A stretch of DNA of 64,000 nt from an uncultured Nitrososphaeraceae archaeon. Lineage in GTDB: Archaea > Thermoproteota > Nitrososphaeria > Nitrososphaerales > Nitrososphaeraceae. The position numbers were made by a program, and so were the translations under genes. Where the stretch lies: positions 645,743-709,742 of the forward strand of contig CAVZZA010000001.1 in the NCBI GenBank assembly GCA_963779615.1, in the 5' to 3' direction. The notes beneath the pieces were generated by a model that was not told the origin of the DNA, ran no database searches, and saw only the letters and a list, made by a program, of their open reading frames with translations. This document shows, piece by piece, positions 22,053-33,717 of the stretch. The stretch's first letter is position 1. The number at the start of each line of letters is the position of its first letter.

Positions 22053-22481
22053 ATGGAAATCATTTGCGATACAAGTTTTTTAATGGTTTTATGCTACGAA
22101 CCGGTCAAGAATATTGATTTCCTGGCCTCAAAATTTGGAAAAACAACATTCCTTGTTTACTCAAAAGTTCTCAAAGAATTAACACAAATAAAACACCATG
22201 GCAATATAAAAAGATCAAAAATAGCAAATTTGGCTTTAGAGGTGATAAATAAAGAAACAGAAAATAGCAATTTTAAATACATCATGGACAATGAAAGCAA
22301 AAATCTGCTTTGTGGGGTGGACTCATATCTGCTGACATTGTCACTACAAAAAAAATGTCCATTAGCAACAATAGATAAGATTTTGATGAGGCGGGCACTG
22401 GGTAGGGGCGCAGATATAATTACTTTAAAAAACAACAAAATTCTTTTTCTCCACTCCAATATCAGACCTAATCAAACTTAA
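22053..22481 (+). CDS. PIN-domain protein (Fcf1/Utp24-like)
   Basis: IICDTSFL, V..EL, VDSYL, LATID; conserved position after aIF2-gamma. Confidence 0.85.
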   Translation: MEIICDTSFLMVLCYEPVKNIDFLASKFGKTTFLVYSKVLKELTQIKHHGNIKRSKIANLALEVINKETENSNFKYIMDNESKNLLCGVDSYLLTLSLQKKCPLATIDKILMRRALGRGADIITLKNNKILFLHSNIRPNQT

Positions 22482-22506
22482 ATTATCCCAAAGCCATTTT
22501 TCCTAT

Positions 22507-23166
22507 ATGTTAGAAATTGGCGGCATAAATATACGATGGAATGGGCATGATGGCTACAGATTAAAAACAGAGGATGCAACAATATACATCGATCCTTTCA
22601 AGTTGATTCAAGAGTACGATAATAAGAAAGACGCAGACTTGATTTTTATCACCCACAATCATTTTGACCATCTGAGCATAAAAGACATTGATAATGTAAT
22701 AAACAACAACACAAAAATAATTTGTCCCCATGAATGTTTAGAAATACTAAATAAAAACTATGGCGAAAACGAGATTGTCCCCCTTAAACCTCAAGACAAC
22801 ATAGTGATCAAAAACGTAAAAATAGAGGCAGTAAAGGCTTATAACACAAATAAAGACTTTCACCCAAAAGAAGACAACAAAATTGGATTTATCATAGACA
22901 TAAACAATTTGAAGGTTTACCATACCGGTGACACGGATAGAATCCCGGAAATGGACAGCGTTAATCCAGACATAGCATTCGTACCTGTGTCAGGAACATA
23001 TGTAATGACTGCTGAAGAAGCTGCTAAAGCCGTAAACGAATCAATCAAACCCAAAAAGATCGCAATACCAATGCATTATAACTCAATTGTGGGTACGATC
23101 AAAGACGCAGACACATTTTGCAGCATGGTAAATGTTTGCAAAACAGAAATATTGAATGCAGAATAA
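22507..23166 (+). CDS. MBL-fold metallo-hydrolase
   Basis: THNHFDH, YHTGDT, IPMHY. Confidence 0.92.
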   Translation: MLEIGGINIRWNGHDGYRLKTEDATIYIDPFKLIQEYDNKKDADLIFITHNHFDHLSIKDIDNVINNNTKIICPHECLEILNKNYGENEIVPLKPQDNIVIKNVKIEAVKAYNTNKDFHPKEDNKIGFIIDINNLKVYHTGDTDRIPEMDSVNPDIAFVPVSGTYVMTAEEAAKAVNESIKPKKIAIPMHYNSIVGTIKDADTFCSMVNVCKTEILNAE

Positions 23167-23249
23167 GAGTGATCTACAAAAAACTTGAGCATTATAAAGA
23201 AATATTAAATAAGAAAGTTCAGAAAAATAGAGGAAAAGTGTGATAGGCA

Positions 23250-26071
23250 ATGGCAGGAAGAGAATCCTTAAAGTTAGGAAAAGATCGGGGTATTAAAACA
23301 AAATATTTGTTAGTAATTGTAATAATATGCTTATCCTTTTCAGTTGCATTTATTTTAAGAGCGTATCCGATTAAATATGGATTTTACTTAAATGAGTTTG
23401 ACCCTTTTTTTGACTTCAGAGCTACTCAATACATTGTTGACAATGGATTAACTGCGTATTTCAACTGGCATGACCACATGTCGTGGTACCCTGAGGGCAG
23501 AGATATAGCAACGACGTCGCAGTCTGGTTTACATATAACGGCAGCAGTTCTTTACAAAATTTTTGGCATGAATATGCCATTGTTGGATTTTACCATCTGG
23601 TTTCCAGTAATAATAGGATCTGCATCCACAATACTGATGTTTTTGCTAGTGAGATCCATAACAGGCAGCAACATTCCAGGACTAATCGCATCGGTTTTTT
23701 TTGCAGTGAGCCCTGCAATTATTCAAAGAGGAAATTTGGGTTGGTTTAAATCGGAACCATTAGGAATTTTTTATGGTTTAGGGGGCTCATACCTATTCAT
23801 TTCTGCATTAAAAGAGAAGAAGTATAAATTTTTAATCCCAAAAGCAGTTTTTAGTGGAGTGATGTTGGGATTGGCCGCGGCATCATGGGGTGGTTCGCAA
23901 TATTTTGTCATCCCAATAGCAATTTTCATATTCATACTTGCATTTGTTTCAAAAGACCTCAAAAACCCCCTCTTGGTATCCGTGCTGTTCACAACATCAA
24001 TTTTGCTGGTGGCATTAGCCTTTCCAAGGCCAGGGACATCTTTCGTCTTTGGATTACCGGGAATTTTATTGATGGGAAGCACTGCCTTTTTATTTGTATC
24101 AACCCTAATAAAGAAAAAAGCTCTGAAAGAACAGCCATCAGAAATACGGCCATAGTGTTTGTTATTTTTATTATCATAGGATTCGCAATAATTTCTAGCG
24201 GCCTGTATAAAACCCCCTCATTCAGGTACCTTAACGCAATAAACCCATTCATATCCTCGCAAAACAAACTGGTAGAATCAGTTGCAGAACACTCTACCCC
24301 TACAATAGTGGATTATTTTAGGCAGTTCTCTATTTTAATAATTTTTTCAGGTCTGGGGGCGTGGGTTGCATTTAAAAATAAAAATAATACCACAATGATT
24401 TTTGCATTGATAATAGGCTTAACTGGGATTTACATTAGTGCAACTTTTGCTAGACTGCTGGTTTTCGCATCTATTGGTATGGTAATTCTGTCAAGCATAG
24501 GAATTTATGAGGCAGTTAGGAGCATAACGTCGATTAGAAGGGACACAGAAAAACAGAGTATTGGGCCTGTTCAGAGTGGTGCAAAATCATCGGCAAAGAG
24601 CATAAAATCAAAAAAACATATTTTTGCATACATCGCATTTTCTTCTATCTTGATTGTCATGCTAACTATACCAATGGTGTATGACAAGAATACAAACTGG
24701 ATATCTTCTGCAGACGTGCCTACATCAATTTCCAATGGTGGCACAAACTACAGGCTAACAACAAACGATTGGATAGATACTCTGGATTGGATGTCAAAGA
24801 ATACGCCCAAGAATTCAACAATAGCGTCATGGTGGGACTATGGGTATTGGATAACAGCTCTTGGAAACAGAACGTCATTGGCAGATAATGCGACAATTAA
24901 TCAAACAAGAATTGAAACAATAGCGAAAATGTTTATAAGCCCTGAAGAAGACGGATGGAAACTAGCGAAAAATCTGAAAGCTGATTATATTTTAATATAT
25001 GTAGTTGGGCAAAAACTGCCTGCTTCAGATCCCACCAGTAAAAGCCCCATCTTTGTACTGGGAAGCGGCGGAGACGAAAGTAAAAAACATTGGTTTATCA
25101 GGATAGGGGGGTTTAACGAAACAGATTATTTGGAATCCAATGGGGATGCACCAAAACAAAAGTTCTGGGATTCGCTTATAGGTCACATGATGCCTTTTAA
25201 GCCAATAGGAAATTACAATCCAAATACCGGATCAATATCCCCAACCTTTGAGCCAAACACGATTCCCTTTTACATGAAAGACATAAAGTATCCTAAAGGA
25301 AATTCATCGCAACCACTTACGTTAGAATACGCCTCAAAGAGTTTTGAGAGCAATGATCCAGGATTATTTTTCGGAGTGTTGTTGTACAAAGTAAACCCCA
25401 ATTATGCCTTTGACATGCATCAACAACAACAAACCGCCACTTCGGAAAACCCACTGGAAAACAACACCAAAAAAGTACCAGCATCGTCATCTGAAACAAT
25501 ATCGAAACCAACTGAAAATAACAAATCTAATATTATCAACAGCAGCAACGGATTAACAGATAACATGACCGCAAGTAATTCTAACAATGCGACAGCCACT
25601 GTTGAAACAACACAAGGTCCAATTAAAATACAATTTTTCCCAAATGCAGCTCCAAAACATGTCAAAAACTTCCAGGATTTGGCTAAAAAGGGATTTTATG
25701 ACGGAGTAGTCTTTCACAGATTGGTGAAAGGTTTTGTTATACAGGCAGGTGACCCTAATACCAAGAATGATAGCAATAGAGAGGCATGGGGAACAGGGGG
25801 ACCGGGGTACACAATAAACCAAGAGTTTAGCAACATTTCTCATGAAAGGGGAATAGTTTCTATGGCACGAACAATGGATCCCAATAGTGCAGGTTCGCAG
25901 TTTTTCATCGTATTGAATGACTCAAAGTTTTTAGATAATCAATACACCGTGTTTGGAAAAGTGGTAGAAGGAATGGATGTGGTGAACAAAATAGCCAACT
26001 CTGCAACCAACACAATGGACCAGCCCAGTGATCCAAATTTGGCACGCATAAATAAAATAACCATTCCATAA
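23250..26071 (+). CDS. aglB: Oligosaccharyltransferase AglB (STT3) fused to a C-terminal cyclophilin PPIase; 1-nt frameshift at A6 run 24114-24119
   Basis: EFDPFF, SVAEH and WWDYG STT3 motifs; C-terminal FHRLVKGFVIQAGDP, SMAR, SAGSQFFI and YTVFGKV cyclophilin motifs; adding one A joins ORF 23250-24155 to ORF 23885-26071. Confidence 0.9.
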
Positions 26072-26085
26072 CTAATTTATTTATT

Positions 26086-27033
26086 TTATTTTGAAATCAA
26101 CCCGTAATAGATGAAGGGTAAAACTGTACTAACATCCGCGTGAATGGTGATTTGTTTTGCCTCACTTGTAACCTTTCCCCACGAAATAGCTTCTGCGACA
26201 AGGGCCCCACTTAAGCTTCCGTCCCATTCAGAGGATGTGGTGATATACACAGCATAGTCCAATCCTCCTCGATATTGGTTCCACCACAGGGTGTGATGTT
26301 TGGATATTCCGCCACCCATCATAAACGCGCCGGTCATTTTTGAATCAAATACCAATTCAGATAGTCTTGTCTGATCCTTTAATATGTCAATTTTAAAGTC
26401 TTTGTGGCTTTGGTTAAACAACCATATTTGATTTCCAACCGCGCCGTCAACAATTCCAGGCACAAAAACAGGAATGCCGTTCTTAAAACTCCAGTGTAAA
26501 AAAGAGGTTTCATTTAACTTGCTACCTATATAACTAATGATTTCTGATGGGGAAAATTCCTTGGAGGATTTTGTTTTATCATACAAATCCTGCAGCATGG
26601 GCTGAATTTTATTTTCAATTAAGGGGCCGTAGTTTTTATTTGGAACAAGAATGTTTCCCAACCTGTGGATGTTTTTGTTTAAAAGAAATTTATCGTCCAA
26701 ACGGAAATCGCCCTCATAATAGTGGGAAAAAGATCTGGCAACATCATGGTCCAAAGACCCGCAAGTTGTAACAACACAATCAAACATTTTGTTTTTTACC
26801 ATGTCACGAACAATTCCCCTATTTCCTGTCGAAATCAAAGATCCGACAAAAGACAAGAATTTTGTACAATTTTTTTCGCTTATCATGCTTTGTAAAATGG
26901 TAATACCGTTTGCCAGATGCCGCCCTTCAAAACCACCCGAGTCACCCATATCCTTAAAAACTTGTTTAAGCTCTGTAGTAACATTAATATCATAATCCCT
27001 CACAATCTTTGATAAAATACTTTTGGAATCCAT
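26086..27033 (-). CDS. dys: Deoxyhypusine synthase
   Basis: GGGISKHH, WDGSLSGA, EAISWGK (active-site Lys). Confidence 0.92.
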   Translation of the reverse strand: MDSKSILSKIVRDYDINVTTELKQVFKDMGDSGGFEGRHLANGITILQSMISEKNCTKFLSFVGSLISTGNRGIVRDMVKNKMFDCVVTTCGSLDHDVARSFSHYYEGDFRLDDKFLLNKNIHRLGNILVPNKNYGPLIENKIQPMLQDLYDKTKSSKEFSPSEIISYIGSKLNETSFLHWSFKNGIPVFVPGIVDGAVGNQIWLFNQSHKDFKIDILKDQTRLSELVFDSKMTGAFMMGGGISKHHTLWWNQYRGGLDYAVYITTSSEWDGSLSGALVAEAISWGKVTSEAKQITIHADVSTVLPFIYYGLISK

Positions 27034-27344
27034 TTTATTGCTTGTTTTTTTTTTTACCTGTTTCAATAAGTTACGTAAAATTTTTAATATTAAATACATT
27101 GCTTTATTTGACAACTTGATGGTTTGATCAAAATGGTGTTCCCATAACTAAAATATCTTTTCTTTTGGGTATTGATTGATGGCCTCAGACAAATGTATGC
27201 GTTCGTGGTGATTCCGGATTGATCCAATTTCGCTTTGAATTCAGTGATTTAAATCAAAACCGCCAGATAAAAAAATAAACGAGCCGTTTAAACACAGTAA
27301 GTTATGTTAAATTACATATATACTAAGATGCCATGTAAATTGGA

Positions 27345-28418
27345 TTGAGCAATAACCGGCACAGTTTTTCAGGAAAGAAAATAGATCCTCCAGAAGTATT
27401 TGCAGGCATGACTGTATCGCAACTGATAGATTTGTTTGGAAAAACAGGGTATAATGCAAGAAGACTGGCAGAGGCTGCCGAAATTATGATCAAAATGGTC
27501 GAGTCCAACGCTACCATTTGTTTAACGATTGCTGGGGCGATGACCCCAATCGGCTTTGGAAAGATGATCTCAACGATGATGGAAAATGGTTTCATTGATT
27601 GGATTGTTACAACTGGTGCCAACGCATACCATGACCTGCATTTTGCATATGACTTACCGGTAAGGCAGGGCCATTTCGATGTTGATGATGATATCCTATA
27701 TTCAAAACAAATAGTTAGAATTTATGATGTTTATATTAAAGAAAACGGAACACTTCAGTCCCAGGATACAATAATCCAAAAAAACATTCAGGATGTTTAT
27801 AAAAAAAATAAATATATGGAAATTGGCTCTACCGCTGATTTATCTTATTTTATTGGAAAGGCTGCTTCCGAAGGGTCCAAATACCCGGAAAAATCACTTA
27901 TGGTTTCTGCTTTTAAATCAGACGTACCTGTTTATATTCCGGCTCTTAGCGACTCATCAATCGGCTTGAACATGTTGCCATTGATGATGTTAAATGAAAA
28001 GGTATCGATAAATGTTGTTCGGGATATTGCTGAATCTGCTGCAATTTTGTGGAAAAGCGATAAATCCGGTGGAATTGAATTGGGCGGGGGCGTTCCAAAA
28101 AATTTCTTTCAACAAACGGGTCCGGCGCTTTATCAAATATTAAAAATAAAAGAGGGAGGGCATGATTTTATAGTTCAGCTTACTGATGCAAGGCCTGACA
28201 CAGGAGGCCTTTCAGGGGCAACACTGCAAGAGGGTAAAAGCTGGGGAAAAATTAAAACATCCCATAGGGGAAACGTTGTAGTCTATGGGGACTCATCAGT
28301 ATATTTTCCAATTCTCTGTGCGCATATACTAAGTAAATGTAAACCACGGAACAAAAAGCGAATTTACAAGAATAAGGATAAATGGGTTGAAGAAATGAGG
28401 CAAAACTTTAACAGATGA
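27345..28418 (+). CDS. Deoxyhypusine synthase-like protein (homospermidine biosynthesis, SpeY-like)
   Basis: AGAMTP, TGANAYHD, GGGVPKNF, DARPDTGGLSGAT, SWGK. Confidence 0.85.
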   Translation: MSNNRHSFSGKKIDPPEVFAGMTVSQLIDLFGKTGYNARRLAEAAEIMIKMVESNATICLTIAGAMTPIGFGKMISTMMENGFIDWIVTTGANAYHDLHFAYDLPVRQGHFDVDDDILYSKQIVRIYDVYIKENGTLQSQDTIIQKNIQDVYKKNKYMEIGSTADLSYFIGKAASEGSKYPEKSLMVSAFKSDVPVYIPALSDSSIGLNMLPLMMLNEKVSINVVRDIAESAAILWKSDKSGGIELGGGVPKNFFQQTGPALYQILKIKEGGHDFIVQLTDARPDTGGLSGATLQEGKSWGKIKTSHRGNVVVYGDSSVYFPILCAHILSKCKPRNKKRIYKNKDKWVEEMRQNFNR

Positions 28419-28499
28419 ACCAAAAGCGCCATTACTAAAAAAGTCGGTATGTAACATGGCTAAAAAAGTATTTAGAATAAGTTATCAGGATATAATCAG

Positions 28500-28967
28500 A
28501 TGTCTGATTCTAGCCAACTGTTGGTAAGAAGAATAAAAAACGGCACTGTAATAGACCATATCGAGTCACCAAGGGCATTACTTGTCCTTAACATATTAAA
28601 TATTACAGGGCAAGAGGGAAATGTAATTACGGTGGCATTAAATGTTCCAAGCGTAAAACATGAAAAAAAGGACATTATAAAAGTTGAAAACAAATTCTTG
28701 GAAAAGAAAGAAACAGACAAACTCGCTTTGATAGCACCGAACGCCACCATAAATATCATCAAAAATTACAATTTAGTTGAAAAAAGAAGGATACAGTTGC
28801 CCGACAAGATTATCGGCTTTTTTAAATGCCCAAATTTAAGGTGCATCACAAATACCGAGGATGGCCTGAAATCCAAGATAGAGATAATGGATAAGAAAAC
28901 CCTTATATTAAAATGCCAATATTGCGCAAGGTCGATAACAACAAACGAACTGATAAATTATCAGTGA
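28500..28967 (+). CDS. pyrI: Aspartate carbamoyltransferase regulatory subunit
   Basis: IKNGTVIDHI, KKDIIKVE, CPN..C and C.YC zinc site. Confidence 0.96.
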   Translation: MSDSSQLLVRRIKNGTVIDHIESPRALLVLNILNITGQEGNVITVALNVPSVKHEKKDIIKVENKFLEKKETDKLALIAPNATINIIKNYNLVEKRRIQLPDKIIGFFKCPNLRCITNTEDGLKSKIEIMDKKTLILKCQYCARSITTNELINYQ

Positions 28968-29308
28968 TATAATGCACTGACTGATAGGCTCCGTGTTACT
29001 CTTATCCGCCGCCGTTTTGTGTTGTTTCGGTTGTGTTTGAGCGTTATTGATGAGGATAATATTGCCATGTTTGATGAAAATACTGCATTACCTTAAGGAT
29101 TGTTAATGCTGGTTGATTTTAACAACAAACTCTTGCTTTTGGAATAGCTTGTCAGTGTTGTCGTTTTTTAGCCTTCCGATTCCCCAGTTAACTGACATGG
29201 GGAAATCCAGGAAGAATGTTGTTTTGGTTTTTATACCATACCTGGCAATCAAATAAACGATAATGAGCGATAGGCATGAGGAAAACAAATGCGCATAAAC
29301 CCTGAATG

Positions 29309-29878
29309 TCATTCCCCTCTGCAAGCTTCACAAGTGTATGACCCATCAGCATATAGCAGGAAATCTGACCATTCACCACACTCATCACAATACCCGGATA
29401 CATTTCTTGGAGATCGCCCGATTTCACCCCTTATCAACAACGCTTTTTCGGAAACCACGTCAAATAATTCGGGTGTAACCGCCAGAACATCAGACACCGA
29501 AATTATCCCAACAACGTTGTTTTTATGAGTTACGCCTAGGCGTTTTATGCTGTGCTGCCTTAATAGCCTTGCTGCAGAGGTAATGCTTTCATCGCCATTA
29601 ATGGTGACCAGCTTTTGCATTATATCTGATGCTTTTATCCCTGACGGGACTGAACCTTTTGCAACGGCTTTAGTGACAATGTCCCAATCAGTCACTATTC
29701 CTAGGGGTGAATCGTTATCCAGAATAACAATGCTTCCAATTTTAGCTTCATCCATAAGTTTTGATATCGTAATAATGTCATCACCAGGTTTTGCGTGGAT
29801 AATGGGGCTGTTCATAACATCACTAACCAATATTCTGGTAGTCATCCCTGTCTCTTCGTCTCGAATGTCTTTAGCCAT
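29309..29878 (-). CDS. CBS-pair protein with C-terminal zinc ribbon
   Basis: Two CBS repeats; GYCDECG...CEAC. Confidence 0.9.
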   Translation of the reverse strand: MAKDIRDEETGMTTRILVSDVMNSPIIHAKPGDDIITISKLMDEAKIGSIVILDNDSPLGIVTDWDIVTKAVAKGSVPSGIKASDIMQKLVTINGDESITSAARLLRQHSIKRLGVTHKNNVVGIISVSDVLAVTPELFDVVSEKALLIRGEIGRSPRNVSGYCDECGEWSDFLLYADGSYTCEACRGE

Positions 29879-29900
29879 ATCAAACCATTATAATCTGAAT

Positions 29901-31910
29901 TTAATTACTTTTCTCTTTTTTTTTATCAAATTCCTCCTTTAGGTCGCCTTTTTCAACAGGCATTAATTTGAACTGACCGACTGGCAAAATTCTGACTATT
30001 TCATCGATTGACAGGCTTTTGAGATGTTGAACTATATTTTCTGAAAAACCGTTTTTAATCGAATAGTCCACAAAATCTGCTTTGATTTTTTTTGAGGCTT
30101 TAACTACATCCAAGCCGGAAGGCAATAATGTCCTAATGCACACGGATCTTTTTTTTACCGTATGGTAAGGCCCCGCGATTAATAAGGATTTATCGCCAAT
30201 AAAAGATAGTCCAACAGCCAGTTTTATCTCCAAATTTTTTACAAAATTCCTTTTCCCGTCTATCACAAAGGAGCCTTTGGGAAGAAACTGCCCGGTTGGA
30301 GCTCCCATTTTCAGTTGAGAGGGAAATACCCAATATGCGTCAGAGCTTGACAGGGCATCTCTCCAGGATCTACTAAATGATACGGTAGCTTGAGACACCT
30401 CTAAAATACTTTGAGATATGTCTGTATTGGAGTTGTTAGCATTTTGCAATATAAAAAATGGAGACCCATGAACTTCAGCATGAAAGACATAGTCATTTTC
30501 TGTAAGGTGTTTGCGAATGATTACAGAATTGGATGATGCATCCTTTCCGCCTATTGCCAAAAGATTGTCGCTTGTAAAAAACCATCGATATTTCTCGTAC
30601 CATTCTTTGTTGCTCAAAACCTTGATAGTGGACAATTGTTTTTTATTTTTTTGTTGCTTGAGTTTGTCTATTTGTTCAACCAATTTTGACTGGACGTTTT
30701 CTATGGTTACTAGTCCTCTCTCCATTTCTTTTGCAAGATTGAATAGGGATGATGAGAGCTTTGGGATGTTGAAATTGCCTAAATCCAAAGGCATTTTTTC
30801 GCCAACAATTTCCAAAAAATACCTTCCTTTAGCATTCAATATTTTTGCATTAAAATCAAGGAGGATTTTTTGAAACAGGTGATTTTCAATATTCATAACG
30901 ACATCTGACTGCTGCATCAACAAAATGGCAAAATCTCTCAGTTTACCCGATTTTGAGATAACCAGGCTTTTAGCTTTTTCTTGCTCCTGCAAGTCATGTT
31001 CCAACAACTCAATCCGTTTTTCTAAATCAAGATTTTTTGAAACATCACTATTAACAATAAGGTTGTTTAAAAATTCATCAACAGCGTCAGAATATGAGCT
31101 AAAATTCTTAATTCGCTCTGGATTGACAGAGGGGGGAACAAATGGACTGACATCTGTGGGGTTATTGTTTTCATCCAATATGATGCAAGCTTCATGACCA
31201 ACCCCATTGGTAACATTGCTGATTAAAAAAATCAATTCATCAAATAAATTCCTCAGGTCATCCGTAGATAATTCATTAATGCTTTTGTTTTTAACCTTAG
31301 AGTTATCCGCAACATGCTCAACAAACTTCTTTGAAATAGAAAGATTTCTTCCCAACCATCTTTTGATATCGATGTTATCGTTTTTGGTGGTATTAACAAG
31401 GGTTAAAAAATCATCAAAAGTTATTGAAAAAGGATTGACTCCCCTAGGTGGTGGGGGAAAATAATTCAACCCCGGTTTTAAAACCCTGTGTCTTACATTT
31501 ATTGGGTTTATAAGAGCTAAAATTTTCAATGATTCGTTGCATAAGATAATGTTCCCGTTTCCGAACAGTTCAACGAGTAAAAAATATTTTATGCCTGCGA
31601 TGTTTTGAAAAACAAACTGCACTATCCTCTCTCCAGCAAAAACAGAGACATCCATTAATTTGGAGCGCTCCAATTCGGACTTGACTTTTTTTATTGCGTC
31701 ATTATCCTCTATTATGGAATACTTGTACTTTGTAACGCATATTCCGAAAGTAGAAACAAGCAACGAGACGTCATTTTTTTGAGAATGATGAAATTTTATG
31801 ATTAAAGAATTCTTTGTGATGGGGTAGACGTTGCTTATGTAATACACATCATCGATAGTTTCCTTAACATGATTTACAAGGAATTTTAACTCTATTTCAG
31901 AAATAGCCAT
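29901..31910 (-). CDS. rqcH: Ribosome quality-control protein Rqc2/NEMF (RqcH)
   Basis: NFACT-N (ELFGNGNIIL), WYEKYRWF, GGKDA..N, FHAEVHGSP, LPKGSF. Confidence 0.92.
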   Translation of the reverse strand: MAISEIELKFLVNHVKETIDDVYYISNVYPITKNSLIIKFHHSQKNDVSLLVSTFGICVTKYKYSIIEDNDAIKKVKSELERSKLMDVSVFAGERIVQFVFQNIAGIKYFLLVELFGNGNIILCNESLKILALINPINVRHRVLKPGLNYFPPPPRGVNPFSITFDDFLTLVNTTKNDNIDIKRWLGRNLSISKKFVEHVADNSKVKNKSINELSTDDLRNLFDELIFLISNVTNGVGHEACIILDENNNPTDVSPFVPPSVNPERIKNFSSYSDAVDEFLNNLIVNSDVSKNLDLEKRIELLEHDLQEQEKAKSLVISKSGKLRDFAILLMQQSDVVMNIENHLFQKILLDFNAKILNAKGRYFLEIVGEKMPLDLGNFNIPKLSSSLFNLAKEMERGLVTIENVQSKLVEQIDKLKQQKNKKQLSTIKVLSNKEWYEKYRWFFTSDNLLAIGGKDASSNSVIIRKHLTENDYVFHAEVHGSPFFILQNANNSNTDISQSILEVSQATVSFSRSWRDALSSSDAYWVFPSQLKMGAPTGQFLPKGSFVIDGKRNFVKNLEIKLAVGLSFIGDKSLLIAGPYHTVKKRSVCIRTLLPSGLDVVKASKKIKADFVDYSIKNGFSENIVQHLKSLSIDEIVRILPVGQFKLMPVEKGDLKEEFDKKKEKSN

Positions 31911-32043
31911 CCAACATTATGGATGTAACATTGAATATAATAACATAAAATATGTGATGATGATTTTCTCTTAATCACATTGGTAAAAAAAAGAAAGCAG
32001 TAGGAATTAAATGTGGTTGATGGAAAAACAATAGCGCATATAC

Positions 32044-32337
32044 TTGGACGTTCAAGACAAAATCTATTACCTGAGAACTATTTTGGCTGCCATTGCAGGA
32101 TCAATATTGGGAATAATAGTAAAACCTGATTCGGTGCAATCCAATACACTAGGAGTTACAATTTTGGTTGGAGTTGTTTTTTATATCATATCTTACATTA
32201 TTGCCAAGAAAATGGTTGGAGAAATTCCAAAAGACAAAAAGAGAAAATTAATAACAAACGGAATATTCGCTTATATGTTTATGTTATTAACGTTTATGGT
32301 ACTGATATACACCGCAATAAATCAACACATCGTATAA
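32044..32337 (+). CDS. Small 3-TM membrane protein, EMC6/Rab5ip-like
   Basis: YYLR..LA.IAG..LG pattern, three hydrophobic helices, C-terminal ..LIYT. Confidence 0.6.
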   Translation: MDVQDKIYYLRTILAAIAGSILGIIVKPDSVQSNTLGVTILVGVVFYIISYIIAKKMVGEIPKDKKRKLITNGIFAYMFMLLTFMVLIYTAINQHIV

Positions 32338-32339
32338 GT

Positions 32340-32960
32340 ATGAATGAGAAAGTTTTATGGGAACACAAAACCCCAGGAATTCCGGATGATCTCTTTAATA
32401 GAACCGATAACGTGCCTATAACAAAAGAAGAGATCAGATCCATAATAATAAGCAAATTGCGCCTAAAGGAGGGGTGTTTATCCATAGACATTGGCTGCGG
32501 TAGCGGCAGCATATCAGTCGAGCTAGCCATCCAAACAAAAGCCCCTGTATATGCGATAGATATAGACAAAAATGCAATTGATCTGACCGGGCATAATATT
32601 TCAAAATTCGGATTACAAGATAGGGTAAAAATCTTGCAGGGATGGGCTCAGGACATATTGCCTGATCTACCGATTGTAGACGCAATTGTAATAGGGGGGA
32701 CTAGTGGTGACACTGAGAAAATAGTGAACCTAGCGATAGACCGGTTAAACCATGGCGGGAGATTGGTTGTCACCTCCATATTGATAGAAACGATTTACAG
32801 AACCTTAAAAGCAATGGATGATTCAAATCTACTGGATATTGATATGACCCAAGTCACTGTTGCAAAATCCAAAAAAACCAGCTCGGGAACCATGATGATT
32901 TCAAGGAACCCAGTGATCATTTTTTCGGCTACCAAACAGAAAGGCAAAAACTTTAATTAA
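32340..32960 (+). CDS. cbiT: Cobalt-precorrin-6B C15-methyltransferase (decarboxylating)
   Basis: PGIPDDLF, PITKEEIR, DIGCGSGS, RNPV. Confidence 0.92.
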   Translation: MNEKVLWEHKTPGIPDDLFNRTDNVPITKEEIRSIIISKLRLKEGCLSIDIGCGSGSISVELAIQTKAPVYAIDIDKNAIDLTGHNISKFGLQDRVKILQGWAQDILPDLPIVDAIVIGGTSGDTEKIVNLAIDRLNHGGRLVVTSILIETIYRTLKAMDDSNLLDIDMTQVTVAKSKKTSSGTMMISRNPVIIFSATKQKGKNFN

Positions 32961-32979
32961 CACTTTTAAAAGTGCTTCT

Positions 32980-33717
32980 ATGACAGATACGGACACAAAA
33001 CTCTACTGCATAGGATGTGGACCGGGAGATCCGGATTTACTCACATTAAAAGCAATAAACATCATCAAGAATGCAGATGCCATTTATACGCCTACTGCTA
33101 GGGAAGGAAAGCCCAGTTTTGCACTGTCCATAGTTGAAAGATTTCTCAACAAAGATACCGAAATCAACCAATTGGTTTTTCCAATGATCAAAGACTTTGA
33201 CAAATTGAAGGAAAACTGGAAAAACAATGCGATAGAAATAACGAATTCTATACGAAATGGAAAAAAAACCGTATACCTAACTGTGGGTGACCCTTCCCTT
33301 TACAGCACTTGGATTTATATCTACAGGGAGATAATCAATAACCATAAAGACATAAAAGTTGAAATTGTCCCCGGCATAACGTCAATTTTCTCATTTTCAG
33401 CTGAGATTAAAACACCCGTGGGGGAGGGCGAAGAAATAATAGGAATAATCCCCGCGTGTTACAACCTGGATAGGTTAAAAATTGCCGCACAATGCTGCGA
33501 TACCCTGGTATTCCTAAAAGATGGAAGGTATTTTAACAAGGTGATAGAAATTTTGGCGGATTCGGGCTTTCCTGAGGACTCGGATGTTTTCATAGCACAA
33601 GAGGTGTCAACAAATAGCGAAGCACTACAAAAAAGGAAACTGTCTGAATTGCTAAAAAATCCAAATGAAAACAATGATAAATACTTTTCAATAATGATAG
33701 CCAAAAAGAAAAAATGA
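32980..33717 (+). CDS. cbiL: Cobalt-precorrin-2 C20-methyltransferase
   Basis: GCGPGDPDLLTLKA, FPM, GDPSLYST, PGITS, YFS. Confidence 0.9.
   Translation: MTDTDTKLYCIGCGPGDPDLLTLKAINIIKNADAIYTPTAREGKPSFALSIVERFLNKDTEINQLVFPMIKDFDKLKENWKNNAIEITNSIRNGKKTVYLTVGDPSLYSTWIYIYREIINNHKDIKVEIVPGITSIFSFSAEIKTPVGEGEEIIGIIPACYNLDRLKIAAQCCDTLVFLKDGRYFNKVIEILADSGFPEDSDVFIAQEVSTNSEALQKRKLSELLKNPNENNDKYFSIMIAKKKK

Noticed and set aside
24110-24121. Programmed -1 frameshift in aglB at AAAAAAG
   Set aside because: The heptamer is not in the X XXY YYZ register of the upstream frame, and similar single-base indels occur in three other genes
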